Positions 37,024-50,473 of a stretch of DNA of 64,000 nt are shown piece by piece. The notes under the pieces were generated by a model. It saw only the letters and a program-made list of their open reading frames with translations. It was not told where the DNA came from and did not search any database. The position numbers were made by a program, and so were the translations under genes. Where the stretch lies: positions 1 through 64,000 of the forward strand of contig MCFE01000372.1 of the NCBI GenBank assembly GCA_002104905.1, written 5' to 3'. Source of the DNA: Basidiobolus meristosporus CBS 931.73. Taxonomy: Eukaryota; Fungi; Basidiobolomycota. Each line of letters starts with the position of its first letter. Position 1 is the stretch's first letter.

Positions 37024-37031
37024 TATAAATA
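37024..37031 (+). promoter_or_regulatory. TATA box of the chitin deacetylase gene
   Basis: TATAAATA about 50 nt upstream of the ATG at 37080. Confidence 0.45.
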
Positions 37032-37079
37032 TCCCCCCTGGAGGGAGGTTCTCTCTCATTCAATAGGCCATCTCTTGCA

Positions 37080-38129
37080 ATGAAATCTCTTTCAAAGTTA
37101 ACATTTGTCTCCATCCTTGCTTTGTCTTTAGCAGATGGCTTACTAGCTCAAGGATCTAGTAACCTCTTTAGCACCGCCTCCACTACCACTACTGCTGCCA
37201 GCTCCGCTTCCTCCACCCCTTCTGTCTCGGCAGGTCAAACTCTGAGATACTTGGACCAGAAGTGCGGAGCAGGTGTTGGTACTTGTGCACCTGGTCTCTG
37301 CTGTAGCGAGTATGGGTACTGTGGTTACACATCAGATCATTGTGGTACTGGTTGTCAGAAGGGTTCTGGCGATTGTGATGATGGTATTGAGGCCACCGTT
37401 CACACCGGATGCAACGTTCCAGGGACATTTGCCATCAGTTTCGATGACGGCCCAAGTGTCTTGACACCTGGCTTGCTTGATTACCTGGACAAAGTCGGGG
37501 TGAAATCGACCTTCTTCATGAACGGGAAAAACTGGAAGAACGCCGACACCGGAAATCCCATTAATAGCATCTACGAGCTGGCTGATGTTGTCAAGAGGGC
37601 ATATAATTCTGGTCACCAAGTCTGCTCGCATACCTGGTCCCATGTCGATTTGATCACCGTGAATGAATATAACATCACCTACGAAATGAACAAAGTGAGC
37701 CGTGCTTTCGCCAACATCCTTGGGGTTGTGCCTACTTGCATGCGCCCCCCTTACGGAGACACAGACAGCAATTCCAGAAAGGTATTGAAGCGTATGGGCT
37801 TTACTGTAGTGACCTGGAATATCGATCCAGTAGACTGGAACCCCATTAACAGCATTGATGAGATGTACATGGAATTTGTCAACCAGTCGGGCAATACCAG
37901 TCCTTTGGAAGGAAAATTCATTTCCTTGGACCATGATGTTTGGAATACCACCGCAGACTTCAGATCCCCCAACTATCCTAGAACTCTTCCTTTGGCACAG
38001 CGTGCCATCGAGTACCTGAAATGCCGAGGCTGGAAGCTAGTCAACCTACCCACCTGTCTTGGAGAACAACCATACTACAGAGCACCCAACCCATCTGACG
38101 AGGTGTGCGGTGATACTGGTTGCTTCTAA
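37080..38129 (+). CDS. Secreted chitin deacetylase (CE4) with N-terminal hevein-type CBM18
   Basis: Signal peptide and Ser/Thr linker; CGAGVGTCAPGLCCSEYGYCGYTSDHCGTGCQ (CBM18); CE4 motifs SFDDGP, HTWSH, RPPYG, DPVDW and SLDHD. Confidence 0.93.
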   Translation: MKSLSKLTFVSILALSLADGLLAQGSSNLFSTASTTTTAASSASSTPSVSAGQTLRYLDQKCGAGVGTCAPGLCCSEYGYCGYTSDHCGTGCQKGSGDCDDGIEATVHTGCNVPGTFAISFDDGPSVLTPGLLDYLDKVGVKSTFFMNGKNWKNADTGNPINSIYELADVVKRAYNSGHQVCSHTWSHVDLITVNEYNITYEMNKVSRAFANILGVVPTCMRPPYGDTDSNSRKVLKRMGFTVVTWNIDPVDWNPINSIDEMYMEFVNQSGNTSPLEGKFISLDHDVWNTTADFRSPNYPRTLPLAQRAIEYLKCRGWKLVNLPTCLGEQPYYRAPNPSDEVCGDTGCF

Positions 38130-38335
38130 AAGGAGGGCTCTGTGGGTTTCACGGCCTTTCCCCAATTGCATATTTTGATGAATATTTTGCTTTACTAGAT
38201 TCTTCAGCTTCAACTACGAAATAAATTCTCTCCTAATACTTGAAAAAGTACATATGGCATATGCTGATGCTTTATTATTCATGGGCAGGGTCGATTGAGC
38301 CGGCCAAACCTCCAAGTCATCACCATGGAGAGGCC

Positions 38336-41300
38336 TTACTGTGAGGACTGGAATTTCTTCGAGCATTTCGAGCAAAATCTAGCGGATTTGTCGGGGCAGC
38401 TCGATATGGTATTTACGCAGGAGGAGCAGAAGATGCCTGGGATCGGGGTTCAGTTCAGTTCGAGTTCAACAATGATTCGAGATTGGCCACTTACCTCCAC
38501 ATTGCTTACACCTGGCTTTTCTTTCTGTGGATCCATTCGGTTAGATGGTTAGCGCGGTTCATAGACACACTTTCATTGTCGACATTACCTAGCACCGAGA
38601 ATTTCATTCTGCAATTTAAACAGAATTCCAAGTGGTTCTCCTTCATCCAATGCAAATCCCCTCCAGCATCCGGAAATAGCCATCCGTACACTCTGCCAAG
38701 CGAGTCCCCAGAGTAGATGGTCCTATGGTGGCTTTACAACAATTTCCGATCAGTATCAACTGCTCGCAAAGATCCCACCACTGCCAACAATCTAGTGTTA
38801 CCTTGAGATATTCAGGACTATGATGTCAGAGGTCGCGCCTTTGTTGATACTCAGCCTATCTTCGTGCTCCAGCGTATAACGAAGCGAAATGCTTCCAGAC
38901 CCTGAGGACAAATTCACCGTTAGAGAAGACCCGTTCCTGATATTTTGAAGGGGTTCGTTTCTGCTTACCTTCCTGCTGATTTACCGCGGTGTTCCATATC
39001 TGAATTTAGGCATTAGTTGCTGCTACAAGTATCCTGTGGTGATGTACCGGCCTACCTTGATCAACCCTTTCCGATGCCCAGTGCAGATAAGCTCTTCTTC
39101 CAGCCATTCATGGTTTCTCCCCTATTGTTTTGATTTAAATGAGAACTGTATACGGAGTTGCTCAGGTGAATGCTCAGATGATACCTCGACAAAAGCACAA
39201 CAGAGTATAGGCTCGTTGAAAGGAGAAGTTGAGTGGGTAGCTATCGGCTCACCATTGACCGTCCACAACTTCATGGTGGGTCCGGAACAAGTGATGATTG
39301 TGCCCTATCAAAAGTATAAGAAACTGTTGTGCCATAGTGTTCACCACAAATGCCAAATGCTCTACAAACCGTTGTGTTGTTGATGGATAGTGCCTAAATA
39401 AGTAGGCATTGAAGTTAGCCAATGCTAGCACACATCTATCATCGTCAAGCCATTACCTGCACCCCTTGCTCATGTTCTGAAAGCTGTCTGATGTAGTTTA
39501 AGCGGTTCAAATCCCAGATAATACATGTTCCATCCTGAGGCAGTTGAAGGAATATATAAGAATCGTCATCTCCCGGATGAAAATTGAAAGAAGCCTACCT
39601 CCGAGCCAGTGACAACAATGCTATATGAGCCTGATACTGCAACACATGTGACGGGTGCAGAATGCCCACGAAGTATCTGGCATAACTCTAATGTGTCTTG
39701 TGATTTGTTTTGATGAATCCTCCATATACTCACAAGCTAAAAACAAACCGGTTGGCTGAAGGTATTCGAAAGACGCACAACTAAGAGACCTACCGTATCT
39801 TCTCCCCCTATGACCAGTCGAGAAGAGTCTGCAAATGCTACACATCGAATCGGACCCGAATGAAGGTTCTCAAATACGCTTAACATCTAACATCATTCAA
39901 AAGCTTGATTCTTGCCATTATACTATACATCTGGGAAGGGAAATCCTACGTACCTTCCCGGTGTCAGTTTGGAATAATCTCAGGCTGTTGTCCGAGAAGC
40001 CCCATTCCACATATTTCGTGCCGTTCGGAGGAACAAAGGCCTGTATAGATTTGTGTTAGCTACCACCAACATGCTGCTTATATCCCTTAAAATGGTTCTA
40101 CTTTTTGGGTGCTTGCTGCCATCAGTCGGTCTTGAATAACGCGGATCTCTCCCACAGGCTGTCCGATTTCTATAGATTGAGGTAAGCTCGTGACATGTTA
40201 ACCTTTTTCAGCCATCATCTAGAGCATACCGAAGATGGGGGCTGCGGATTGATTCAGCATTTCTGGCTCGCGGTGGATCTTGTAGTTTCCGAATTGGCCA
40301 ACGCTGGTTTCCAGTGATCTGCGTGGGTGTGGCCGTTTGAAAAGTTGTCTGGGTGTTTGCCCAAAGTTATGGATAATTCCAATCGTTGCGCTCTTTTCAA
40401 CTGGGTCAGAGATAGAGTCCAGATCAACTGCATCTTCGTAAGAGAGATGATGGAAGACGTTCACAGCCTTCACCGACTCTTCACCTTGTTGTTTGTACCC
40501 AAAGATCAAGTCAATCCACTCATGGAGATGGCTGCTTGTGTATTCGGATTCCAAGGCTTCCCGATGTTTCTTGATAAATAACTTAGGGTCTCCGTGAGCC
40601 CAGGGAGGTAAAATCACCGAGTCAATAGCCTCTCCACTGCCTTGTTTCACCCCAAAGTTGAACCCATTGCGATTCTCCAAAAACTCCGGAAGGTAGAAGA
40701 ATTCCGGAATCAACTCACGAACGTCAGTCATGTTGATTTGGGAGGCTGACTGCCATGCATGCTGGATGGAATGGAACAGTCTATCCGCATGGTCGAAGTA
40801 GCCACCTTGCAGCTTCAGGAAAAAGTGAGTGAATGGCTCCAACCGTATCAGATACCAGCAAACAATCATCGCGGAGGAATAGTGTGTTCCGTAATGGAAG
40901 GCTGGGGTGGTATTATCGGCTTCTTCCCAAGAATTGTATCGTTCGATAAATTCGTTTGCACGCTCCGCCGATTGGGTTCCCATGGGCTTTGAAAGGTCAC
41001 GGAAGGTTTTTGGATCGGTTAAGTCCAACTCCTCGCTAGTGTAATCGGCGAGAATCCATGGGAATATAGGATACTGGGTCAGGTCGTTGTATGACCTTCC
41101 GGCCAGAGTGTTCAAGTGCATGAGATATTGGAAATTGGATATTTCTCTTTTTTCCCATCGACTGGTGAGCTCGCTTAACGAAGAACTGCCAAATATAAGG
41201 TTCGTTAATTTGGAACCAATCGCTAGTGGTGTAAGATCAGTGTGAGTGGCGGTCCCTGCTACCGACTCGTTGGCGCTGACCAGTGAAGTAAGTCTTGCCA

Positions 41301-44300
41301 ACAAGCGATTGTACACAGTGTCCCGTTGGTTTAACTCCAGAGTGATCAGATAGTTTCGCCCATCGTTTAGGAACACTTCGATGGCCACATCTCTAAAGAG
41401 GAACTTCCTTTTGTGAACTTCCTTGATGTCGTCGAACGCCCATTTACGATGCTGATGTTTTTTGGCATCATCTTCATTCTCCGAGTTGGATGACAGCGTT
41501 TGCAGGTATATGTCACGCTCTTGGGCGGGAACAGTCCAGATATCCACGATCTCTCCGTCCTTTCTCTGGAAATAGTTATCAATGATATATATGTGCGTCT
41601 TGCCAATAATTAGAAGGCCTTCATGGGCGTCTAAACATAGAATTCTGCTGATGTTATATATGTCCAATGCCGTATCCCCTGATTCAAGAATACGAGAGAT
41701 CTTGTAATTCTTGTCTTCCTCCAGTATGGCTTCTGCTGTTTCCGGATGTGAGCTCTGACTGGTTTCAGAGGAAAATTCGGCCGGTTCTTCTGATATTTCC
41801 GACGCTATTATCTGGAAATCATCTGCCTCTGTTATAGCCTCGATTTTGTCCGAGTCCAACCCTTCCTGTAGCAAGATGAATGAATCACTCTTCTTTGCCT
41901 TATTGATGGGGGCATCACTTTGCTTAGGCTTATAGGCGACTTTGGGGTAGTTCCTATGCAACTGTAATCGCATTCTCATACGACAAGGGCCTTCCGTGAA
42001 ATCTAATTTCCAACGTTGGTTGAGATTTGCTTGGTCATCGGACTGCCAAATGGCTCGCTGGTGGTACAACTGTTCGGAGAGATAGCCCCATTCGGCATTG
42101 ATAAATTCGTCATTGTCGATGCAGTCTTGCAGGGCTTTGCCTAGTCGATTTGATTCCAAACTCTGGATACTCCTGGACCAGGCTTGTGCCTTTACAAGGT
42201 ACCTTTGATACACCTCCATCGCGGAGCGCTTTGACCGTGCCAGGCGCCTTAATTTATTCAACCGGCGACCATGGCTTATCTTTAGATAGTCTTTGCTGAC
42301 CTTGATTTCAGCCGCCAAATAGCTATCCCAGGACTTCATCAAGTGCTCTTGGCAGAATTTCTGAAATTCTTGCTTTCTAGAATCCATCCACGGAATAAAC
42401 GATCCAAACTCAAGCTCCAACAACTTGGAGAATCCGTCGGCCAATTCTTGGTATTCCTCTTGTTGGATCTTGACCTGAATAATGGAGGACATTTCATTTG
42501 GCTTTTGCAGGAAGAGCAGCTTCAGCAGGTTTAATGAAGCAATCCTCACGCCGTCATCTGGGATGTTTAGGAAGTTCGACAAATGGAAAGTCAAACAACG
42601 GAAAAACTCCCCGTCGGTATTGTGCTCTATCAAAATGATCTTCTGATTGTAGATGAGATCATTTAATATTTCGATGAGGCTATTGAATTGGTTCGAGACC
42701 TGATGGTCTGATAAACGGAACAGTATGAGGCGGTTGAGTTGTTTGTATAGTCCACTATAAAGCGCTTCTAAGCGGTGGATTTTCAATACTCCGCTTGTTT
42801 CCATCGCTGTCGTCATTTCTAACACGAAGACGCAGAAAGAAAAAAGCTGCTCCGCTCCGCCTACAAACCACCCTTGGTATGTAGCATCCACAGCCATACT
42901 AATGAACTTGGAAATATTCGTTAATACAGGAATATTTGCAAGGAGATTCTGGCTTAGTTGCAGTGTACTCTCCAGGCTACTTAAAACATGGATAATCAGG
43001 TATGTCTCAAACTGTACTTGGTGCTCTTGGAAGGAGGGGGGGAATCCTCTCAGTGCCAGATCTAATTCTGCCAGTGGCTTGGTTACAGGTTTCAGTATGG
43101 AATCTACACACAGCGTCACCAAAAACTCTAGGATGCATTCGATAGTCGCATTTTTCTGGATTGTAGAATCAGAACGCTTTAGAGTCGGTTTGACTATTGG
43201 TGAACTGAACGATCTAAGTTTGGTTGATATGCTGAGTTTTTGCTTCGCCTCGCTCGATAATTCTTTATCCTTGTTGCTGCTGAGTACATTCATGTAAGGC
43301 TTCTTCGGCCTTTGGGTTTGTGCTATGCTTTCTTTGATTTCGCTGGATGTTGAAGTAACTGAAATGCTGGTGTGCGAATCAAACACTTTCTCTGCTTCCG
43401 AGGTAACATTCGAGTCCTTCGAATAAAGTTCTGTATCCACGGTCACCTCCTCTGACCCACATATCACTGGGAACAGGATTCCTACAACCTGGTCAATTAT
43501 GTTTGGCTTGCAGCACAGCTCTTTAAATACCGAGGAGGTAATATACATCTCAGTTAAGAAATGGATCAGTGTCTGTTGTACTTTGGCAAGTTCTAGAAGG
43601 CTTTTCTCAATGACGACTTCTTGCTGGTGTCCAGCTGTGATCGATCGATGTAAAATGTATTAGTTTGGTGAAAGACGATGGCTATGAAAGCGTCAATATG
43701 TAGCCCTACCAGTCTGCTCAGGCACCATGGAGTTACTAGCAAGGTATTGGGAGACATCGGTGTTGGTAAATGATTTCGATCTTCTCCTAGCTGCCTTATC
43801 CATGGCCTTCTGTTCCAAGGTTGGAGATTTGATTTTTTCCATATGTTCGAACGATAGTAGCTCCTTGTCCTCCAGCTTGTGGCTGTGTTTAACTAGTAAG
43901 TCAACACACCGTTTGATCATCGCAAACAGTATGCTTAGGGCCTCGTGACAGAGTGGACGAGATTGATTCATCTCACTTTTGAAGACAGTCAGCAAATTGA
44001 ATAAATCGAATCTCGACACAATAGGCACTGTCGCAATGTCTACTCCTAGCAAAATGGAAATTACTGCTGGATAGAGCTGGCACAGGTACCAATGTTCAGG
44101 CAACAGTTTCTCCAAGACAGCAAACCCCTCAGAAGCAACTCTGAACTTATTAACATAGACAGGGCCTTGGGTGTAGAGAAGTCTGGCCAATAGTCTCGTA
44201 GCCAAAACAACCGTATACGAATTCAAGTGGCTTTCAATAAAGAGCAATGGCCAACGGCTAGTGATGGTACTGGCAAATCTAGAAATAAACTGAGGGTTTT

Positions 44301-47300
44301 CTGGGTCGTTAACAATCTGGAGTAGCATTTCCAGTACCAAATTTCGGATGGATATATTCTTGGTGATTCTAACATCCATAGACTTGGCGTCATAGACCAG
44401 TTTCGGTATATTTGAGAAAATCGATGTTTCCTCATGCTCACGATCGCCGGGTAAAGTGATGGTTGCACGACGAAGAAGAGTTGACGAAGTGAAGTTCCCC
44501 TTTTCTTTGGGTCGCTTCTTCGATACTATCAGAGGCATTTAGAATGGGCTTCATGAAATAGTGTGAAAGCGAGAAGACTCACCTTTCGGTAGGGTTGACA
44601 CCAAGAATGTGCCGATCAATCGAATGGTATCCACCGTGAAACTGATCTGCGCTAAAGCTGTCAGGATCTCAATCAACTCTGGTAGGAGCTCTTCAGCAAA
44701 AACATCGGTTTTCAATGCCACCAGTAAGACCCTGATAATGTCTGATGAAATAAGGTTGAGTGATCTTGGGAGTGACATCTGAAGACAGTTCAAAGGTAAC
44801 TACTTAGTTTTGTCAAGTGGCTAATATTATAGGTTCTCTTGCGGCTTTGGACCGCAAATTTGTAAAATTGGTCAATAATTGCATGCTGAACAGGAATGCT
44901 GGTCGAGCGCCAGATTTCCAGATCCAAGAATAGCTGCTGGTAAGCTTGGACATTTCCGATCACAGACTCGCTACAGAACAGCACAAAGCTTCAGTACTAG
45001 ATTCAAGCACGCAAAGTGCGACTTACTTACCTAGGATCGAAGGGAGTCTCGCCGACTAGTATTAGCAGAAGATTGACCAGCTTGGGCGTCACCAGACTCT
45101 TCTTTTGCTTAAGAATACAGGCTAAGATTTCATATCCATGATTTTTTTCCATGTGTGAGGTGTGCCTCCAGTCGAACCGAATACTTTCTACCAATATTGC
45201 CACAGCTTTGTGTAGCCCTTCTGCAGTCTGAGGTAGAAGAGTTCTCTTATGAATAAAGGCCAACAGTTAGACATGATTATGCAATATATTACCTGTGCTT
45301 TCTCAACGATCTTGAGAAGCAATGTAGGTCCGCCCACCCGGAAGATGCTAGTAGATAGGCTTGTGGATGAAACCGCGTATGCGTTGCCCCGAAGATATGC
45401 TAAGCCTTCCGGGGCGACCAAAGCACGGCTGATTTTCGGTACACCAGAATTGATGATCGCCCTGATTTTCTGGCTCGTTTGCACTCCCTCCATTGAATTG
45501 CTGTGAAAGCCGTACTGAGTCGATACGTATTCTTCGTGCAGGTTCTTGGCGGATAAAGCCAAGATAATTTTGTCTTCTGTCAGCTGTACTCCGCTAGCCG
45601 TTTTCAAATGGACGCCATCCATAATCAAATGGCCCTTTTCGAGACCATTATCACTTCCCTTGTTTATCATGTCTAGGTTGATACTGTCTATGATCTCGTA
45701 AGTCTGGTATTTTCCAAGGTCATCTTGGAAATTCGACGAGTATCTAGGGCCCAGATTGAAGGCGATGTTCACCCCATCAGCATCCAACACATCTTCAATT
45801 AAGTAAAATGCCCCAAGGTTCCAATAGGTCGATGGAGATCTGACTTTTGCGCTGCGACTAGAGTTAGCTTTCGAACCGATAAAGCCTTTCATGTTAGCGG
45901 CAGAGGTCGGCTGGCTTGGATAGTTGGATCTATATTGATCGACTAATACACCATCAATGTACATTGACAACGTGCTGCCGATGATTGACAACCTGGGTTT
46001 CGAATGAGATACGGCTAAGTGGTACCACACACCATCCCGGAAAGAAAAGGACTCAAATCTGACAAACTGATTCGGAGCGGTCTCCACCACAAGGTTCCGG
46101 GAATGGCCTTCGATAAATATATCGAGGTTGCTGCGCTCGTCCGAATCTGACAAAGAGAGCACATGCACATTGGTGGTTGCGTCGAATTTGAAAACCTGAA
46201 CCCAGGTCATAAGTGTAAATCCATTCATAGGTGGAAATAAACGATCTCCAAGATTCTCAAGGCTAATCGAGGAATGGATTGAATCGAAACAAATGCACGA
46301 GGGCGTGCGTCCATATTTCACTCCATACAAGATCAGCTCCAGTATCTGCATGGCCAGGTCGCTTCCACCAGTAGCGTTTTTCTCTTCATCGGCTTTCTCG
46401 GGTACATTCCGGTTGAGGCTTCGTAAGAGGAACCTTGTTTCGGATGTAGACAAGCCAACCTCAATCAAAGACTTCGCCAGTGACATCAAAGTTTTGTTCC
46501 AAAGATTCCCAAGCTTCGAGGTTAGCGTGTAATGCGAGGCATCCAGGTTCAGATGCTTTTGGGATTCTGCCAAAATTGTCATCACCGTGGTAACCAAGCC
46601 CAATTCGTTCAGCAGCATTCGATTTTGCACGTTTTGTATGGTGGTGATGTAGATAGCAAACAAAGCTAGCAGGGCTACGCTGATTTCTATGGTTGGTAGA
46701 AAGTGCATGATGGAAAGGATAAATGACCTGTTATGAATGGTCAAGTCTCCCAAGGACGCCCGGCTAAGCATTTGGTTCCACCGCTCGGTAATGTATGTGT
46801 CAATGTTAACGTTGGGATTTTCTATATCTCCGATGCAATCAGAAATGTCTGGCTCAAATATGTCAAAGAGAGATGTATCTTCTACTGCAGCACCGAGTAA
46901 AATTCCCAATGCGCGATTGCAAGACCCCTTCTCCTTAAAAACTCCAGTGAGTTGAAGGCTGTCGTTTAAAGAGGAACGACCGATATGATTTTCAAAAAAC
47001 CATCTATTGTAGGGATGGTCGGACATCGCTGCTATAAACACTGAGAATACCGCTTGCATCAGAGCAATCACTTCACTACGCTGAATGCGGGGATTTCCCT
47101 GTTGTGATGGAGCAGCTTCAGAAATATGCTGTGTGTTCTCGCCCTCAATAGCGGGACAGAGATCGAGAGCGCCTTCAAGCCCAATCAGTAACGAAAGGAG
47201 TGAAATAAATCCGCCAAGGTTTCTAAATGCATCCTTCAGTAAAAGAGAGTTATTAAGAAGCTTTTCCAAGGTTTTCAGGATGTCTTTCTTCATCCGCAAA

Positions 47301-50080
47301 TGGAATCTTGGTGCCGACTGAAGGGCCTCCATTAGATTGGAAAACTCTGTGGACTTGGAGCTCTCGCTACTAGATGGCGCGGAATTATGAGGAGTCGTCT
47401 CCGCATTGGATTGATGTTCAATAAGGAGCTGGATGAGCTTCAGCGCATACCACCGTGTTTCATCGTGCTTTAGAAAATCATCCAACGACCCCTTGAAGCT
47501 GAATAGAGATTTCAGTACGTGCTTATTGATAGAAAATAATGTAAAATGCAAGTCACTAACGTTTTCCTAAATAACGCAATATTCAGGTCATGATCCTGAA
47601 TCATCAAACATAAGCAACTCATCACCAAATTGTAGGAGCCCATTAGAGTGTTCTTCTGACGCTTTTCAGATGGAGATAAGCTGCTCGTGGAATCTAGGTC
47701 ATCCTCGGAGTTCGATTCAGGGCTGGTCAACAAACATCCATATTTTTGCAACAGATTACAAAGCATGCTTAGTAACCCTACTTCACGGAAAACATCTTTG
47801 AATTTTCCCTCAGATGTCAGTAATCCGGTAATGGTCTCGCATACCAAAAGAGTCGTGGGCAGCGAGATCTCGTCTTTGATATTATGTTTTAGCAGACGCA
47901 ACATAGGCAGCATGAATTGAAGCTGGTTACCTTGAATTTGAAGACACAGCAAGGCGAGCTCTTTGAAAGGCACATAGTTTAAGGTTTTGACCACGTAGAA
48001 TAGTAAATCTATCACGTATTTCTACCATTGGGAATAGCGTTAGCATAGTTCAACCGCGTGAATGTCGGCAAAAGACAAAACCTGAATCTCGAACTCAAAT
48101 GCGTTTAGATTTTCCAGCATCGTGAGGAGTGGGCTCAGCTTGTCAACGAGGAAGTAGTTGGATGGATTCAATTTGATTGCTGAAGATAGTGCGTTTAACA
48201 CATTCTTGCGGCATTCCGTAGAGGTGGACGGTGATCCCTCCAGCTGCTTCAACAATACTTTCGATAGTGTACCTGGCACCTCAATGGGGAACATAAAGAC
48301 CGCCAAAAGTATTTCAAAAGCTTTAAGATTCCGGACTAGCAATTCTTTAAAATAAAGCCTATGATGAGCGTCTGTATGTTTATAAGATCCTTATTATGCT
48401 GTAAAGAGGTTACCATTTTCAAAGCCAGTTAACTTGGGTAAGCGAAAATCTATGGAGCAATTGCATTTGGTTAGACTTGAGCAAATGCGACATATGCTGC
48501 TGCCAAACTTCACCAATACCTGAATGTTGATACGGAGTAATGTTTTGTAGCGACAATTTAACATCATCGGAGCCAATGAATATTAATTCTTGAGCAAATG
48601 ACACAACCGCAGACTAGAACATCATTGTTAATTGATCTGTCTAATAAAATCGACCAGCTATAGTTCAGATACCGTAAACTCCACACTGTTGTGTGTAGTA
48701 TTCAGCAAGGATAAAGCTATAGCTTCATATCCACCATACATCTCAAAGTCATCCAACAAGATGGTGGATACTTTTGCGGATTCCTGGCGATGATAGTGTG
48801 AGTAACGTTCAGCAAGATTTATCGACCATGCTCACGAACCTTTAGAATTTCATTGATTGTTTGGAAAATCAAAGCAATCGATTGCTTATCTTCGTTGTCT
48901 TGCAAACCAAAAGTCAAGACACCTCGAAGCCCTTTTACAAGCGAGGCCAATAACTCTTGTTGGTGAAAGCTATATACGTTGTCGAAATGATGAAAGAAGT
49001 ACGGCTGCTGAACAAACACAATCAATAGCTTCGACGCACTGGAAGAACAAATGGTTAGCAGGCCGATGCATTTAGAGTCATTAAGAATGCGCACCTGTTT
49101 TTCACGCTCAACTGAGATTTGAAAATGGATTGGTCAGTGTGATTGGAGACTAGCGTCTCCACCAAAAACCTCAACGAATTCGTTTCGAAACATGAATTGG
49201 CAATCTTCGGATTACGAATAAGCGACTCCAGAATATCAGTTACTAAACTTATGCTGCTGTTATCCAAAGTAGATATCGTCTTAAGTAGCAACGGGAATAT
49301 TCCAGATTGATGAATTTTGTCATAAACAAACTCCTAGTATAAAGAGACATGATTTAGCACACGGTATTACATAGAATACAGAGGACAAGCTGTTTACCGG
49401 GCCCGTGCAGAGTACTCTGAGAGTTTTTACTAGTTGGCTAATGTAGCTTCCAGGATCGTTGAGGTCTACGATATTTTGAAAATGCCAGGTTAGAAGGCAG
49501 TTCGGTGACACTAAACCTCACGTTCCGACCTTGGCTTTCATTGCATTCAAGTATCTCGAATATTGCGGCAGTTACCAGGTGCGTAAAATCACTGAAATCA
49601 CTTATACTGTTTGCAAAGCGTCAGTACTCCGTTTCCTAAACGCTCTAAACGCGTGCATCAAACCTATAAGCAAAATTGACTCGTCGAATATCTTGTGGGT
49701 ATTGTTCCTGAAAAGATCTCAGCAGATCAATGGTAAACTCTTTCTTTTGCTTTGCGAAGATAAGCAAGCTGGTTACCCCCTTGTTGGATACATCTCGATC
49801 AGAAAGGCTCACTTACGTTTTTATTTTCAGCTGTCTGGCAACGATATAACTTCGCCTTTAACTTTAGATTGAACCCTCTTTGGATAGAGGTGATGTATTA
49901 ATTCCCAAGGTTTTGTAATATGGAAATTCCCGATAGGAAGATGCTTCAGTGAAACAGTAATGGTATATCACTTTACCTGCTAGGCTCCGAGGAGGTGCTG
50001 TTTACACTTTCTGTAGGAGTGTTTGAAGAAGAATGATCTTGATTTGTTACACGTCCAACGAGCTTTGAGACCCAGCTCAT
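38336..50080 (-). CDS. Large BEACH-domain protein (WDFY3/ALFY-Bph1-LvsA type): helical repeats, ConA-like domain, PH, BEACH, WD40s and a C-terminal FYVE-like finger; many exons
   Basis: BEACH motifs ISNFQYLMHLNTLAGRSYNDLTQYPIFPW, FHYGTHYSS, FDHADRLF and DVRELIPEFFYLPEFL; PH motif VAIEVF. WD40 exons traced from 40200 to 38700 (LRGHSAPVTCVAVS, DGTCIIWD). Four CxxC pairs in the last three exons, stop at 38336. The start at 50080 (MSWVSKLVGR) and the 5' exons are less certain. Confidence 0.9.
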
Positions 50081-50473
50081 TTTGAGATTGGCACCGGATA
50101 GTACTCTTTTAGGCTATGTATTAGAGCACCAAACCTTTGCGAATATACTGGATATTGCAGCTATCTACCTATTGTGTACAAATGGCGCAAAGTACGGTTT
50201 GAAAATAACTTTCGGAAGCCTTGAATCTAGAGCCTTTTCAAGCTATTGTCAAAAGAAATGAAGTCACAATGTGACGAATGGTGCTTTTTCCAAAGTTGAT
50301 AGTTCCACACTATAAACAATCAGCTTACCCCTAAGTATCTCCGATCGCAATACATAAACAGGCTTGAGTAAAATTGCCTAGATTGCTTAAACAAACGTCA
50401 TCAAAAGAAAATCTGGTGCCAAGAATAAAAATCAAGATTCAATGCTACAGGCCCAGTTTCCTAGTTCTCGTTA

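Noticed and set aside
39503-39515. tRNA T-loop-like GGTTCAAATCCC
   Set aside because: It lies inside a WD40 exon of the BEACH gene and no cloverleaf can be formed. No tRNA or rRNA gene was seen in the window.
40327-49872. Plus-strand ORFs within the BEACH gene and similar antisense ORFs over other genes
   Set aside because: Short shadow ORFs opposite a well-supported coding strand, with no motifs.
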